Below the pieces are notes generated by a model. It saw only the letters and a program-made list of their open reading frames with translations. It made no database searches and was not told where the DNA came from. This document shows positions 17,894 through 26,804 of a DNA stretch of 64,000 bases, piece by piece. The stretch lies in NCBI GenBank assembly GCA_009694085.1, contig SHVW01000002.1, positions 11,595 through 75,594 on the forward strand, given 5' to 3'. The DNA is from Alphaproteobacteria bacterium. GTDB taxonomy: Bacteria > Pseudomonadota > Alphaproteobacteria > SHVW01. A program made the position numbers and the translations under genes. Within the stretch, counting starts at the first letter, position 1. Each line of letters begins with the position of its first letter.

Positions 17894-18696
17894 CGGCGAT
17901 GGCGAGCGTATTGGCCAAGGCGAAGCCCGAGCATGTCCGTGCGACGCCTTACCCCTATATCGTGATCCCCGATGCGTTAGACCGCGCGCTTTACGATGCG
18001 CTGATGCCCGGCTTCCCGCGACTGAACAAACCGGACGCTGAGAACAATTTCGCCTATCGCATTCAATCCCGCACGGCGCTTAAAGTGGCGCGGCTGCAAC
18101 CGCTCTGGACCGAGTGTATCGAACGGCATACCGGTCCGGCATTCGTGCGCGAGGCGATCGAGCTGTTCGGCCCTCATATCGAGCGTTTGTTTCCCGAACT
18201 CCTCGCGCGCTTCGGTCCCGGTTTTGGCCAGGCGCCCTGCCGGTTGCGGCCGGTTCACGGCCGCGATGATCATGTGGCGCCTGACGCCGTTGGCGTCGAG
18301 ACGGATTGTCAATTCGTGTTCAACAGCCCCGTGAAAACTGCGTCCTCCGTGCGCGGCGCCCATGTCGATCAGCCGGAGAAGTTGTTTGCCGGATTACTCT
18401 ATTGCCGTGCGGACGATGATGACAGCGTGGGCGGCGATCTAGAGATTTTGACGCTCAAGCCGGGGGTGCGCCAGTCGGCCAACCCATTCAGCGTGCCCCG
18501 CGACCAGTTCGATGTGGTCGAGACCATCGCCTACCGCGCCAATGCGCTGGTGTTCTGGATCAATTTGCCCAATGCGTTCCATGGCGTGACGCCGCGCGAT
18601 GTGACGCCTCATATTCGCCGCTACATGAACTTTATGATCAATCTGCCGCGCGACCTGCCGCCGCTGTTCCGGGCGCACCAGGAGCGGTTGCGCTGA
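17890..18696 (+). CDS. hypothetical protein, possible 2OG-Fe(II)-oxygenase/cupin fold
   Basis: The ATG at 17890 overlaps the acylphosphatase stop (ATGA). Contains PYPYIVIPDAL near the N-terminus, GAHVDQPEKLFAGLLY (HxD) and a distal FHGV (His). No family assignment is possible by eye. Confidence 0.65.
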   Translation: MTAMASVLAKAKPEHVRATPYPYIVIPDALDRALYDALMPGFPRLNKPDAENNFAYRIQSRTALKVARLQPLWTECIERHTGPAFVREAIELFGPHIERLFPELLARFGPGFGQAPCRLRPVHGRDDHVAPDAVGVETDCQFVFNSPVKTASSVRGAHVDQPEKLFAGLLYCRADDDDSVGGDLEILTLKPGVRQSANPFSVPRDQFDVVETIAYRANALVFWINLPNAFHGVTPRDVTPHIRRYMNFMINLPRDLPPLFRAHQERLR

Positions 18697-19837
18697 TATC
18701 CAGACGAAAGACATGGGCGGTGTCTTCGCCGCCGGCCACGATGGTGTTCGACCCCAGTTTGAGCTCGGCCAGTGTCGTGCGCTCGAACGGGCTGATGGCC
18801 GCACCGTTGACGCGTGTGCCGAGTTTGCTCGCGTCGTCGAGCACCACGTATTTGCCGCCAAGCCGCTTGATCGTGAAATGGCGGCGCGATAGCCGATAGG
18901 GCGCGCGGTCGTCGAACAACAAATCGATGCCGGGCATATCGGCTTCGCGCTCGCGCCGATGGCGACCGATCGTGAAGGGCAGGCGGTCGATGGCGATCTC
19001 GGCGGGCATGATCGTCTTGAGCAAAATAGAATCGGGATAGAGGACGGCGCGCGGTCCGACCGGGCCCAATGCGCCGGCCTCTGCGGCCAGCTCGGTGATG
19101 CGGTCATTTTGTTGACGCAGCCGCTCGACCAGGTTGCGTAGGATGGCGAGTAGAGGAAATTGCACATTGCCGACCGCACCCATCAGTTCGTCCGGCGACA
19201 GGCGATAGATGATCGCGTCAGTGCGCGCGCGTGCCGTACCGTAGCGCGGTTTGTCCTGGATACAGGCCATCTCGCCGAAGACTTCACGCGGGCCGCACGC
19301 GCCGATCACGGTCTCGGCCCCCTCATTGTCCTTGACGATCTCGATCTCGCCTTCCAAGACGATGTAGAGTTCCTGGCTCAAATCGCCCTCGTAGAACAGG
19401 ACTTCGCCGGCCGAAAGTTCAATCTGGCGTCGGAGATCGTCGACACGCGAACGCCGCCGGCGTGCCCAGGCCACGATTCCAAGTCCCGCATGGGTTAGGA
19501 GCGCGCCGGCCAGCGCGCCAACCACATTGGCGATCAGGTCGCCGGTGTCGGGCGTGCGCGCCAGCACGGAATTCTGGAACGCCTCGGTCAAGACACCGAG
19601 GGCTATGACGCCGAACAAGGCCAGGAACGATGCCCACCCCGAGAGTGCGAGCACGGCCAGCGCGCCGACGACCGCAAAGCCACCTAAATGCATGAGGCGG
19701 TCCAGCGCCATCATGCCGCCGGGTGAGCGGCCTGCGGCTAGGGTCACTATAGTCACGAGGGCAAGGCTGATCAGCCAGGAAAACAGGAAATGCCGTCGAG
19801 GCGGTCTGGTTCGGCTGTCCGAAGCAATACGCGACAT
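18638..19837 (-). CDS. three-domain membrane protein: VanZ-like TM domain + cyclic-nucleotide-binding domain + FHA domain
   Basis: N-terminus: DRLMHLGGFAVVG...TEAFQNSVLARTPDTGDLIANVVGALAG (VanZ pattern). Middle: LFYEGDLSQELYIVLEGEIEIV...REVFGEMACI...RYGTARA (cNMP-binding). C-terminus: FTIGRH...SRRHFTI...YVVLDDASKLGTRVNG (FHA). Confidence 0.8.
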   Translation of the reverse strand: MSRIASDSRTRPPRRHFLFSWLISLALVTIVTLAAGRSPGGMMALDRLMHLGGFAVVGALAVLALSGWASFLALFGVIALGVLTEAFQNSVLARTPDTGDLIANVVGALAGALLTHAGLGIVAWARRRRSRVDDLRRQIELSAGEVLFYEGDLSQELYIVLEGEIEIVKDNEGAETVIGACGPREVFGEMACIQDKPRYGTARARTDAIIYRLSPDELMGAVGNVQFPLLAILRNLVERLRQQNDRITELAAEAGALGPVGPRAVLYPDSILLKTIMPAEIAIDRLPFTIGRHRREREADMPGIDLLFDDRAPYRLSRRHFTIKRLGGKYVVLDDASKLGTRVNGAAISPFERTTLAELKLGSNTIVAGGEDTAHVFRLDISATAPGAPGTAAAGRAAD

Positions 19838-19906
19838 GGGACAATTGTCACCGAGATCGGCGGATGCGGCAAGTGATGGCGATCACTGGGGCCAAACTAA
19901 GGAATA

Positions 19907-20608
19907 TCAGTTGCAGGTTCGACCGTCTCCGGAACCGTCAAAGGTATTAGAAAACTCTGCCTTCAATGCCATGTCCACTTCGGCCAGGGAGACTGCGATG
20001 CCGAGATCGACGAGCGAGGTTACGCCATGTTCGGCGACGCCGCAGGGCACGATGCCGGCGAAGTGATCGAGGGCGGGATCCACGTTGAGCGCAACGCCGT
20101 GATAACTGACCCAGCGGCGTACGCGCACGCCAATGGCAGCGACCTTGTCCTCGCGCTGTGGCTCGCCGAGATCGGCTCGCCGGACCCAGATGCCGACCCG
20201 GCCGCAGCGCCGCTCGCCGACGACGTTGAAGCGGGCCAGTGTGCGGATCAGCCATTCCTCCAAATCGTTGACATAGGCGCGCACATCGCCGCCGCGTCGC
20301 TTGAGGTCGAGCATGACATAGGCAACCCGCTGGCCCGGCCCATGATAGGTGTAGCGCCCGCCGCGCCCGGTGCGATGGACGGGAAAACGGTCGGGGTCGA
20401 TCAACTCGCCGGCTTCGGCGCTGGTCCCGGCCGTGTAAAGCGGGGGGTGTTCAAGCAGCCAGATCAGCTCGCCGGCGGTGCCCGCGCGGATTGCCGCGAC
20501 CCGATCTACCATGGCCGCCACAGCGGCCTCATAGGCCACCGGGGCGTCGGAGATACGCCATTCCAGCCCTATATCCGCGTCGGCCCCGGCAATGCTTGAT
20601 AAAGCCAT
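19907..20608 (-). CDS. lipB: octanoyltransferase (lipoyl(octanoyl) transferase)
   Basis: [15 protein letters not shown]...[24 protein letters not shown]...[17 protein letters not shown] is typical LipB. Confidence 0.9.
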   Translation of the reverse strand: MALSSIAGADADIGLEWRISDAPVAYEAAVAAMVDRVAAIRAGTAGELIWLLEHPPLYTAGTSAEAGELIDPDRFPVHRTGRGGRYTYHGPGQRVAYVMLDLKRRGGDVRAYVNDLEEWLIRTLARFNVVGERRCGRVGIWVRRADLGEPQREDKVAAIGVRVRRWVSYHGVALNVDPALDHFAGIVPCGVAEHGVTSLVDLGIAVSLAEVDMALKAEFSNTFDGSGDGRTCN

Positions 20609-20701
20609 CTGGATTTGCTATGCCCGGCACGCTGGTTTGGCAAGCGTTCCGTGGTCTTGCGTTCGGAACGACAAGACGAAGAAACCAACCTGGAGCACCA
20701 A

Positions 20702-20788
20702 GCGGTCGTGGCGGAACTGGTAGACGCGCAGCGTTGAGGTCGCTGTGGGGGTAACCCTGTGGAAGTTCGAGTCTTCTCGACCGCACCA
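20702..20788 (+). tRNA. tRNA-Leu (anticodon GAG), 87 nt including encoded CCA
   Basis: Acceptor stem GCGGTCG/CGACCGC. Anticodon stem CAGCG/CGCTG with loop TTGAGGT. Long variable arm. T-loop TTCGAGT. 3' CCA. Confidence 0.9.
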
Positions 20789-20795
20789 TTGCTCC

Positions 20796-20832
20796 GAAGC
20801 CCGCCGCCTCGATGCTGCGGGCTTCATCGTTT
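20796..20832 (+). terminator. hairpin downstream of tRNA-Leu (weak terminator candidate)
   Basis: 9-bp stem GAAGCCCGC (20796-20804) / GCGGGCTTC (20817-20825) with a 12-nt loop, followed by ATCGTTT. The T-run is poor. Confidence 0.35.
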
Positions 20833-20844
20833 GAGGAGGGTGCG

Positions 20845-23163
20845 ATGCCCGACGATCGGCTGAAGGAAAGCGCCCTCGAATATCATCGCCTGCCTACGCC
20901 GGGAAAACTCGGCATCACGGCGACCAAGCCGCTCGCCAACCAACGCGACCTGGCGCTCGCCTATTCGCCCGGGGTCGCCTTTGCCTGCACGGCGATTGCC
21001 GAGAACCCCGCCGAGGCCGCCAGCCTGACCGCGCGCGCCAATCTGGTCGCCGTGATCACCAACGGGACCGCCGTGCTGGGCTTGGGTGCGATCGGGCCGC
21101 TCGCGGCCAAGCCGGTCATGGAGGGCAAGGCGGTTCTGTTCAAGAAATTCGCCGGCATCGACGTGTTCGACATCGAAATCGACGAGCGCGATCCGGACAA
21201 GCTGGTCGATATCGTCGCCAGTCTGGAGCCGACCTTCGGCGGCATTAATCTCGAGGACATCAAGGCGCCGGAATGCTTCGAGATCGAGGCCAAGCTGCGC
21301 CGGCGCATGAAGATTCCGGTCTTCCACGACGACCAACACGGCACCGCGATTATCGTCGGCGCCGCCATCCTCAATGGCTTGCGCGTGGTTGGCAAGAAGA
21401 TCGATCGGGTGTGCCTGGTAGCGTCGGGTGCCGGCGCGGCGGCGCTGGCCTGCCTCGACATGCTGGTGGATCTGGGCTTGCCCGTGAAGAACATCACGGT
21501 CACGGACATTGCCGGCGTGGTTTATGAGGGGCGTAGGGAACTGATGGACCCGCGCAAGCAGCGCTACGCCAAGAAGACCAAGGCGCGCACGCTTGCTGAG
21601 GTGATTGCCGGGGCCGACATCTTCCTCGGTTTGTCGGCGCCGGGCGTGCTCAAGGCCGAAATGGTCGCGACCATGGCAAAGAAGCCGCTGATCCTGGCTC
21701 TCGCCAATCCGACGCCTGAGATCATGCCAGAGGAGGTGCGTCGCGTGCGCCCCGATGCCGTCATCGCCACGGGAAGGTCGGACTATCCCAACCAGGTCAA
21801 CAACGTCCTGTGCTTTCCCTTTATCTTCCGCGGCGCGCTCGACGTCGGGGCCACGACGATCAACGAGCCGATGAAAATTGCGGCGGTCAAGGCGATCGCA
21901 GAATTGGCATTGGCGGAGTCCTCCGACGTGGTTGCCACCGCCTATGGCGGCGGCGCGCCGGCACCTTTCGGTCCGGACTATCTGATTCCGCGCCCCTTCG
22001 ATCCGCGCTTGATCCTGAAAATCGCCCCCGCCGTTGCGAAAGCTGCCATGGAGTCCGGTGTGGCGGCGCGGCCGATCGCCGATTTCGATGCCTATCACCA
22101 GCGACTCGTCCAGTTCGTCTTCCGCTCCGGCGTGGTCATGAAGCCCATGTTTGCCCGTGCGAAGCAGGAGCCTCAGCGCATCGTTTATGCCGAGGGCGAG
22201 GAAGAGCGCGTTTTGCGCGCCGTGCAGACCGTGGTGGACGAGGGCTTGGCCCGACCGATCCTGGTCGGTCGGCCCGAGGTGGTGGCGAACCGGGTGGAGC
22301 GGCTCGGCCTGCGCCTGCAAGCCGGCACCCATTTCGAGCTCTGCAACCCCCAGAGCGACGCACGCTTTCCCGAGTATTGGAAGCTATACCACAGCCTGAT
22401 GGAACGGCGCGGCGCAACGCCCGAAACTGCACGCACGGCGGTGCGCTCAAACAATACCGTTATTGCCGCCCTGATGCTGCGACGGGGCGAGGCCGATGCC
22501 ATGTTATGCGGCCTGGCCGGGCAGTTTCAGCGTCATCTCGGCCATATCCGCGACATCGTCGGCCGCGAACCCGGTGCCAAGGCGATGGCCGCCCTCAATC
22601 TGCTGATCCTGCCGCGCGGACCGTTTTTCGTGGTCGATACCCATGTCACGCCTGATCCGGATGCAAGTCAGATCGCTGAGATCGCGGTCATGGCTGCGCG
22701 CAAGGTGAAGGAGTTCGGCCTGGCGCCCAAGGTAGCGCTATTGTCGCATTCGAATTTCGGCAGCATGGACACGCCCTCCGCCGTCAAGATGCGCGAGGCG
22801 GTCGGGTTGATTCAGGCGATGGCGCCTGATATCGAGGTCGAGGGAGAAATGCATGGCGATGCCGCCGTGTCCAGGGATATCCGCCAGCGCCTGTTTCCCA
22901 ACTCACGCCTGACGGGCACGGCCAATCTTCTGATCATGCCGACCATCGATGCCGCCAACATCGCCTTCAATCTGCTGAAGGCGTTGGGTGACGGCCTGTC
23001 CGTCGGGCCGATGCTGCTAGGCACCGCCCTGCCGGCCCATGTGATGGCCGCATCGGTCACCGTGCGCGGCATCGTCAACATGACGGCAGTCGCCGCCGTC
23101 GATGGCCAACTTCGCGCGGTCGCGGCCGCGATCAAGCCGGCGAAGCGGGTTCGGCAGAAGTAA
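20845..23163 (+). CDS. maeB: chimeric malic enzyme (malic enzyme domain + C-terminal phosphate-acetyltransferase-like domain)
   Basis: [36 protein letters not shown]... then a PTA-like C-terminal half. 772 aa. SD GAGGAGG at 20833-20839. NAD vs NADP specificity cannot be told by eye. Confidence 0.9.
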   Translation: MPDDRLKESALEYHRLPTPGKLGITATKPLANQRDLALAYSPGVAFACTAIAENPAEAASLTARANLVAVITNGTAVLGLGAIGPLAAKPVMEGKAVLFKKFAGIDVFDIEIDERDPDKLVDIVASLEPTFGGINLEDIKAPECFEIEAKLRRRMKIPVFHDDQHGTAIIVGAAILNGLRVVGKKIDRVCLVASGAGAAALACLDMLVDLGLPVKNITVTDIAGVVYEGRRELMDPRKQRYAKKTKARTLAEVIAGADIFLGLSAPGVLKAEMVATMAKKPLILALANPTPEIMPEEVRRVRPDAVIATGRSDYPNQVNNVLCFPFIFRGALDVGATTINEPMKIAAVKAIAELALAESSDVVATAYGGGAPAPFGPDYLIPRPFDPRLILKIAPAVAKAAMESGVAARPIADFDAYHQRLVQFVFRSGVVMKPMFARAKQEPQRIVYAEGEEERVLRAVQTVVDEGLARPILVGRPEVVANRVERLGLRLQAGTHFELCNPQSDARFPEYWKLYHSLMERRGATPETARTAVRSNNTVIAALMLRRGEADAMLCGLAGQFQRHLGHIRDIVGREPGAKAMAALNLLILPRGPFFVVDTHVTPDPDASQIAEIAVMAARKVKEFGLAPKVALLSHSNFGSMDTPSAVKMREAVGLIQAMAPDIEVEGEMHGDAAVSRDIRQRLFPNSRLTGTANLLIMPTIDAANIAFNLLKALGDGLSVGPMLLGTALPAHVMAASVTVRGIVNMTAVAAVDGQLRAVAAAIKPAKRVRQK

Positions 23164-23307
23164 GGTAGACCCAGAGCGCCACGCCAGTGAGAAAAGCTCG
23201 GTCGAGCGTGGTGTCCTTCGCAAGAGTATGGGTAAAAGCCCTTAGAACGCCTTGGGTTGAGCCGGCCTAATTTCGGCGGTAGCGTCCCTGCGAAAGCGGA
23301 GGATGCG

Positions 23308-24873
23308 ATGGCCTGGATCGATGCGATGGATGCTGCCGAGCTGGCGGCGAAGGGGCGGGCGCTGGCGCGGATTGGGGGACGGCAGATTGCCCTGTTCAAG
23401 ACGCCGCGCGGCATTTTCGCCTGCAACAACCGCTGCCCCCATGAGGGCTATCCGCTGATGCAGGGCACGCTGACTCAGGACTGCGTGCTCACTTGCAATT
23501 GGCATAACTGGAAGTTCGACCTGGACAGCGGCGAGACCCTGGTCGGCGGCGATGCGCTCAGGCGCTATCCCGTGCGCAAGCGCCGTGGCCGGATTGAGGT
23601 CGATGTGGTCGATCCGCTGGCCGAGGAGGTTCAGGCGCGTGCGCTGGACAGCCTGGATGAGGCTTTGGCGGATTTCGACTATCAGCGCATGGCACGCGAG
23701 GTGGCGCGGCTGGAGCAAGCGGGCGGCGACGGCCTCGAAGCCGTTCGCCGCGCCATCCGGTGGAGCCATGACCGCTTCGAGTTCGGCATAACCCATGCCT
23801 TCGCCGCGACGGCGGAATGGCTGCGCCTGCGTCTGCGGACCAAGGACCCTGCGGAACGGCTGGCCGCCCTGGTCGAATCTATCGCCCACATGTCCGACGA
23901 TGCCGACCGGGTGCGCCGCTACCCGTTTCCGCGCGGCAATAGGCGCTGGAATGCCGCCCTTTTTGCCGCGGCGATCGAGGCGGAGGATGAAAAGACCGCG
24001 GTCAAACTCGCGCGCTCGGCGGCGTCGCTGCCCGGTGCCGTGTTGTTGCCGGTCTTGGCGCGCGCGGCCCTGGCCCACTATCAGGATTTCGGCCATTCCC
24101 TGATCTACGCGGTCAAGACCATGCGGCTGATCGATGCGCTCGGCCCCGATATTGCCGAACCGGTTCTCCTCGCTTATGTGCGCGGCCTGATCTACGCCAG
24201 CCGCGAGGATTTGTTGCCCGAGTTCCGCGACTATCCCGCTCGCTTGGCCGAGTGGGGCCGGGACGGACGCAAGGCGCCGGTGCTGGAGCCAGGCGCATTG
24301 ATCGGGCGCAACGCCCGGGCATGCATGAATACGGTGGTGGCGTGGTCGGCCGCCCACGCCCCCGAGGCCATCTATGGCGCCTTGCTCGCCGCGGCGGCGC
24401 GCCACCTTCAGGCCTTCGACACGCGGGTGGAGCGGCGCACGGACGGCCCGGTCGCCGACAATGTCGGCTGGCTCGATTTCACCCATGCCATCACATTCGG
24501 CAATGCCGTCCGCACGGTCTGTGCGGCGACGCCGGATTTGTGGCCGCCGGCACTGCTTCAGCTCGCCTGCTTCGTCGGCCGCAATGCCGGCTATCTCGAT
24601 CACGATTTGCTCGGCCGAAGCGCGACCGTGGACAAGCCCGCCGATTTTTTCGATGGCGCGGTGCGCCGCCTATTCGATCATGGCAGCGGCGAGTTCATCA
24701 TCTCCTGCCACTTGGTCAAGACGACGCTGGCGGCGGAGGTGGAGGCCGCTTCCGTGCCGTCCGCCGCACCCGAACTGGCAGCCGGGATCGCCCGCTTCCT
24801 CGCCGCGCCGATCAAGCGGCGGCACTCCCTGCGCACGGCCAAACAGATGCTCGCCTTCGTGGCGGCGGAATAG
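23308..24873 (+). CDS. Rieske [2Fe-2S] domain protein fused to a ~420-aa uncharacterised, mainly helical domain
   Basis: N-terminal CPHEGYPL...CNWHNWKF Rieske motifs (CxH...CxxH). The rest has no motif I recognise. SD GGAGGA lies upstream of ATG 23308. Confidence 0.75.
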   Translation: MAWIDAMDAAELAAKGRALARIGGRQIALFKTPRGIFACNNRCPHEGYPLMQGTLTQDCVLTCNWHNWKFDLDSGETLVGGDALRRYPVRKRRGRIEVDVVDPLAEEVQARALDSLDEALADFDYQRMAREVARLEQAGGDGLEAVRRAIRWSHDRFEFGITHAFAATAEWLRLRLRTKDPAERLAALVESIAHMSDDADRVRRYPFPRGNRRWNAALFAAAIEAEDEKTAVKLARSAASLPGAVLLPVLARAALAHYQDFGHSLIYAVKTMRLIDALGPDIAEPVLLAYVRGLIYASREDLLPEFRDYPARLAEWGRDGRKAPVLEPGALIGRNARACMNTVVAWSAAHAPEAIYGALLAAAARHLQAFDTRVERRTDGPVADNVGWLDFTHAITFGNAVRTVCAATPDLWPPALLQLACFVGRNAGYLDHDLLGRSATVDKPADFFDGAVRRLFDHGSGEFIISCHLVKTTLAAEVEAASVPSAAPELAAGIARFLAAPIKRRHSLRTAKQMLAFVAAE

Positions 24874-24875
24874 AG

Positions 24876-25763
24876 GTGGTGGCCTATCCTTCCAGCTTCT
24901 GGCGAGTTGGCCGATACTTGGCTGGGGCCGCCGCTTCAGTATTTCTTGCCGTGTACGCGTTAACCTGGCCGGCCTGGTCCGCTGATGTCGTACATTTCGA
25001 AAGCGCGGCTCTGCCGCCAAGTCCGCTCAGGGTTCGCCTTGCCCGGGATGCCGGCGTTTCTCCGACAACGGAGCGCGGAACTCCTATCTGGGGTCATTTG
25101 AGCATGCCAGCAAGCGATGGGCCGTTCCCTGCGGTCGTACTGCTCCATGGTTGTGACGGAATTAGCCCTTTTCTGGGCCGCTGGGCTGATGAGCTCGTGG
25201 GCTGGGGCTACGTGGCGCTGCTGGTCGATAGCCTCAACCCGCGTAGCGTGTTCAATGTATGTGAGGACAATCCGCCCTTGGCTGGCGACCGCGCGCTCGA
25301 TGCCTTTGGCGCACTCACATTCCTCCGCGCGCTGCCATATGTCGTTGCGCACCGGATCGCGGTCATGGGGTGGTCTCACGAGGGCTGGACGGTTCTTGCT
25401 GCTTTGGATGGCAACGGAATTGGCGCACCGTTTTCACCTGGCTTCCGCGCGGGTACCGCGCTGTATCCACCGTGTGGATATCGCGCGCACCTCAGCGCAC
25501 CTTTACTGATCCTGATCGGTGACAGCGATGAATGGACGCCGGCCGCACGCTGCCGGGCAATGTTGGCAGAGTCTGAATCTCAGAGGCGAGAGATCGAGAT
25601 GATCGTCTATCCCGGAGCCCATCATACCTTCGACGCGGCCGAGCTGCGTGAACCGATCTTCCATCGGACGAGCTATGGACGTTTCAGGTTGCAGTTCGAT
25701 GCCACCGCCGATCGAGATGCCCGTCGCCGCGTGCATGAATATCTTCGGGTGAAGCTGCAATGA
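24876..25763 (+). CDS. dienelactone hydrolase-family alpha/beta hydrolase (secreted or periplasmic)
   Basis: GTG start 3 nt after the upstream stop. Hydrophobic signal-like N-terminus. VVLLHGCDG, GWSHEG nucleophile elbow, YPGAHHTFD. ORF portion 24252-24875 overlaps the upstream gene and was discarded. Confidence 0.75.
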   Translation: MVAYPSSFWRVGRYLAGAAASVFLAVYALTWPAWSADVVHFESAALPPSPLRVRLARDAGVSPTTERGTPIWGHLSMPASDGPFPAVVLLHGCDGISPFLGRWADELVGWGYVALLVDSLNPRSVFNVCEDNPPLAGDRALDAFGALTFLRALPYVVAHRIAVMGWSHEGWTVLAALDGNGIGAPFSPGFRAGTALYPPCGYRAHLSAPLLILIGDSDEWTPAARCRAMLAESESQRREIEMIVYPGAHHTFDAAELREPIFHRTSYGRFRLQFDATADRDARRRVHEYLRVKLQ

Positions 25764-25843
25764 CTGGGTATCGCCCGTTGTCCTGAAGTTCCAACGCTTT
25801 CGGCGAGCCGTGCGGCATCCGTAGCGGTTGATCGTATCTGACG

Positions 25844-25859
25844 TTGACGTAAACGTCAA
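25844..25859. promoter_or_regulatory. perfect 7-2-7 palindrome TTGACGT-AA-ACGTCAA, candidate LiuR (MerR-type) operator
   Basis: Located 20-35 nt upstream of the MerR-family regulator gene that heads the liu operon. An extra CTGACGT half-site lies at 25838-25844. TATATG at 25860-25865 is a possible -10. Confidence 0.5.
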
Positions 25860-25878
25860 TATATGTTAGTCGTACTTC

Positions 25879-26280
25879 ATGCTCGGCCAAATGGCATCGA
25901 ACCAGCCGACTTTCTCGATCGTCGATCTCGCGCGCGAGTTCGACGTGACCACGCGCACCATCCGCTTTTACGAAGAGCATGGCTTGCTCGCGCCGACCCG
26001 GCGAGGCAACCGGCGCGTCTATGCGCCGCGCGACCAAACCCGGCTCAAGCTGATCATGCGCGGCAAGCGGCTCGGATTTTCAATCGCCGAGATCAAGGAG
26101 ATGATAGAGCTCTACGATGCCCGGCGGGGTGCGGAGCGACAGCTTCGTCTGTTCATCGACAAGATCGGCGAGCGTCGTGCGCTGCTGCTGCAACAGCGCC
26201 AGGACATCCAGGTTATTCTTGATGAACTCGACGGGTTGGAAGCGCGTTGCCGCGACCTGCTCGCCGAACGCGCGGACTGA
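25879..26280 (+). CDS. liuR: MerR-family transcriptional regulator (LiuR-like)
   Basis: FSIVDLAREFDVTTRTIRFYEEHGLLAPTRRGNRRVY (MerR HTH). Sits directly upstream of the isovaleryl-CoA dehydrogenase and methylcrotonyl-CoA carboxylase genes. Alternative start at 25891. Confidence 0.8.
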   Translation: MLGQMASNQPTFSIVDLAREFDVTTRTIRFYEEHGLLAPTRRGNRRVYAPRDQTRLKLIMRGKRLGFSIAEIKEMIELYDARRGAERQLRLFIDKIGERRALLLQQRQDIQVILDELDGLEARCRDLLAERAD

Positions 26281-26294
26281 GGAGACGAGGGATC

Positions 26295-26750
26295 ATGACG
26301 CGGTTCTCGACACCCAATCCGGATTTCGCCGCCCGCGTGCGCGACAGCTTCGCGCGCCAGCGCTTCATGACCATGCTCGGCGCGGAGTTGGGCAAGGTGC
26401 GCGCCGGTCATTGCGAGATCGCGCTCGCCTACCGGCCCGACCTGTCCCAGCAGCACGGCTATTTCCACGGCGGCGTGATCGGCACGCTGGCCGACAACGC
26501 GGGAGGCTACGCAGCCTTCACCCTGGCGCCCGCCGACACCAGCATTCTGACCGTCGAATACAAGCTCAACATCGTCGCCCCCGGCGATGGAACGCGACTC
26601 ATCGCGCGCGGTCAGGTCGCCAAGCTCGGCCGCACCCTGGTGGTCGCCCGCGTCGATGTGGTGGTCGAGAAAGATGGCCACGAGAAGCCCTGCGCCATCG
26701 CCTTGACGACGCTCATGCTGATGGCCGGCAAATCCGATGGGCCGGCCTAG
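26295..26750 (+). CDS. PaaI/hotdog-fold thioesterase
   Basis: MLGAELGKVRAGHCEIAL...QQHGYFHGGVIGTLADNAGGYA is the PaaI-type thioesterase pattern. Confidence 0.75.
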   Translation: MTRFSTPNPDFAARVRDSFARQRFMTMLGAELGKVRAGHCEIALAYRPDLSQQHGYFHGGVIGTLADNAGGYAAFTLAPADTSILTVEYKLNIVAPGDGTRLIARGQVAKLGRTLVVARVDVVVEKDGHEKPCAIALTTLMLMAGKSDGPA

Positions 26751-26804
26751 TCTCAAGGCCTACGGCCCGGTATAGTTTCATATCCGCGGGAGGCGGTTCG
26801 ACCC

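Noticed and set aside
20609-20844. tRNA-Leu as an integration hotspot for a genomic island
   Set aside because: No integrase, no direct repeat of the tRNA 3' end, and no foreign-looking genes nearby. The flanking genes, lipB and malic enzyme, are core genes.
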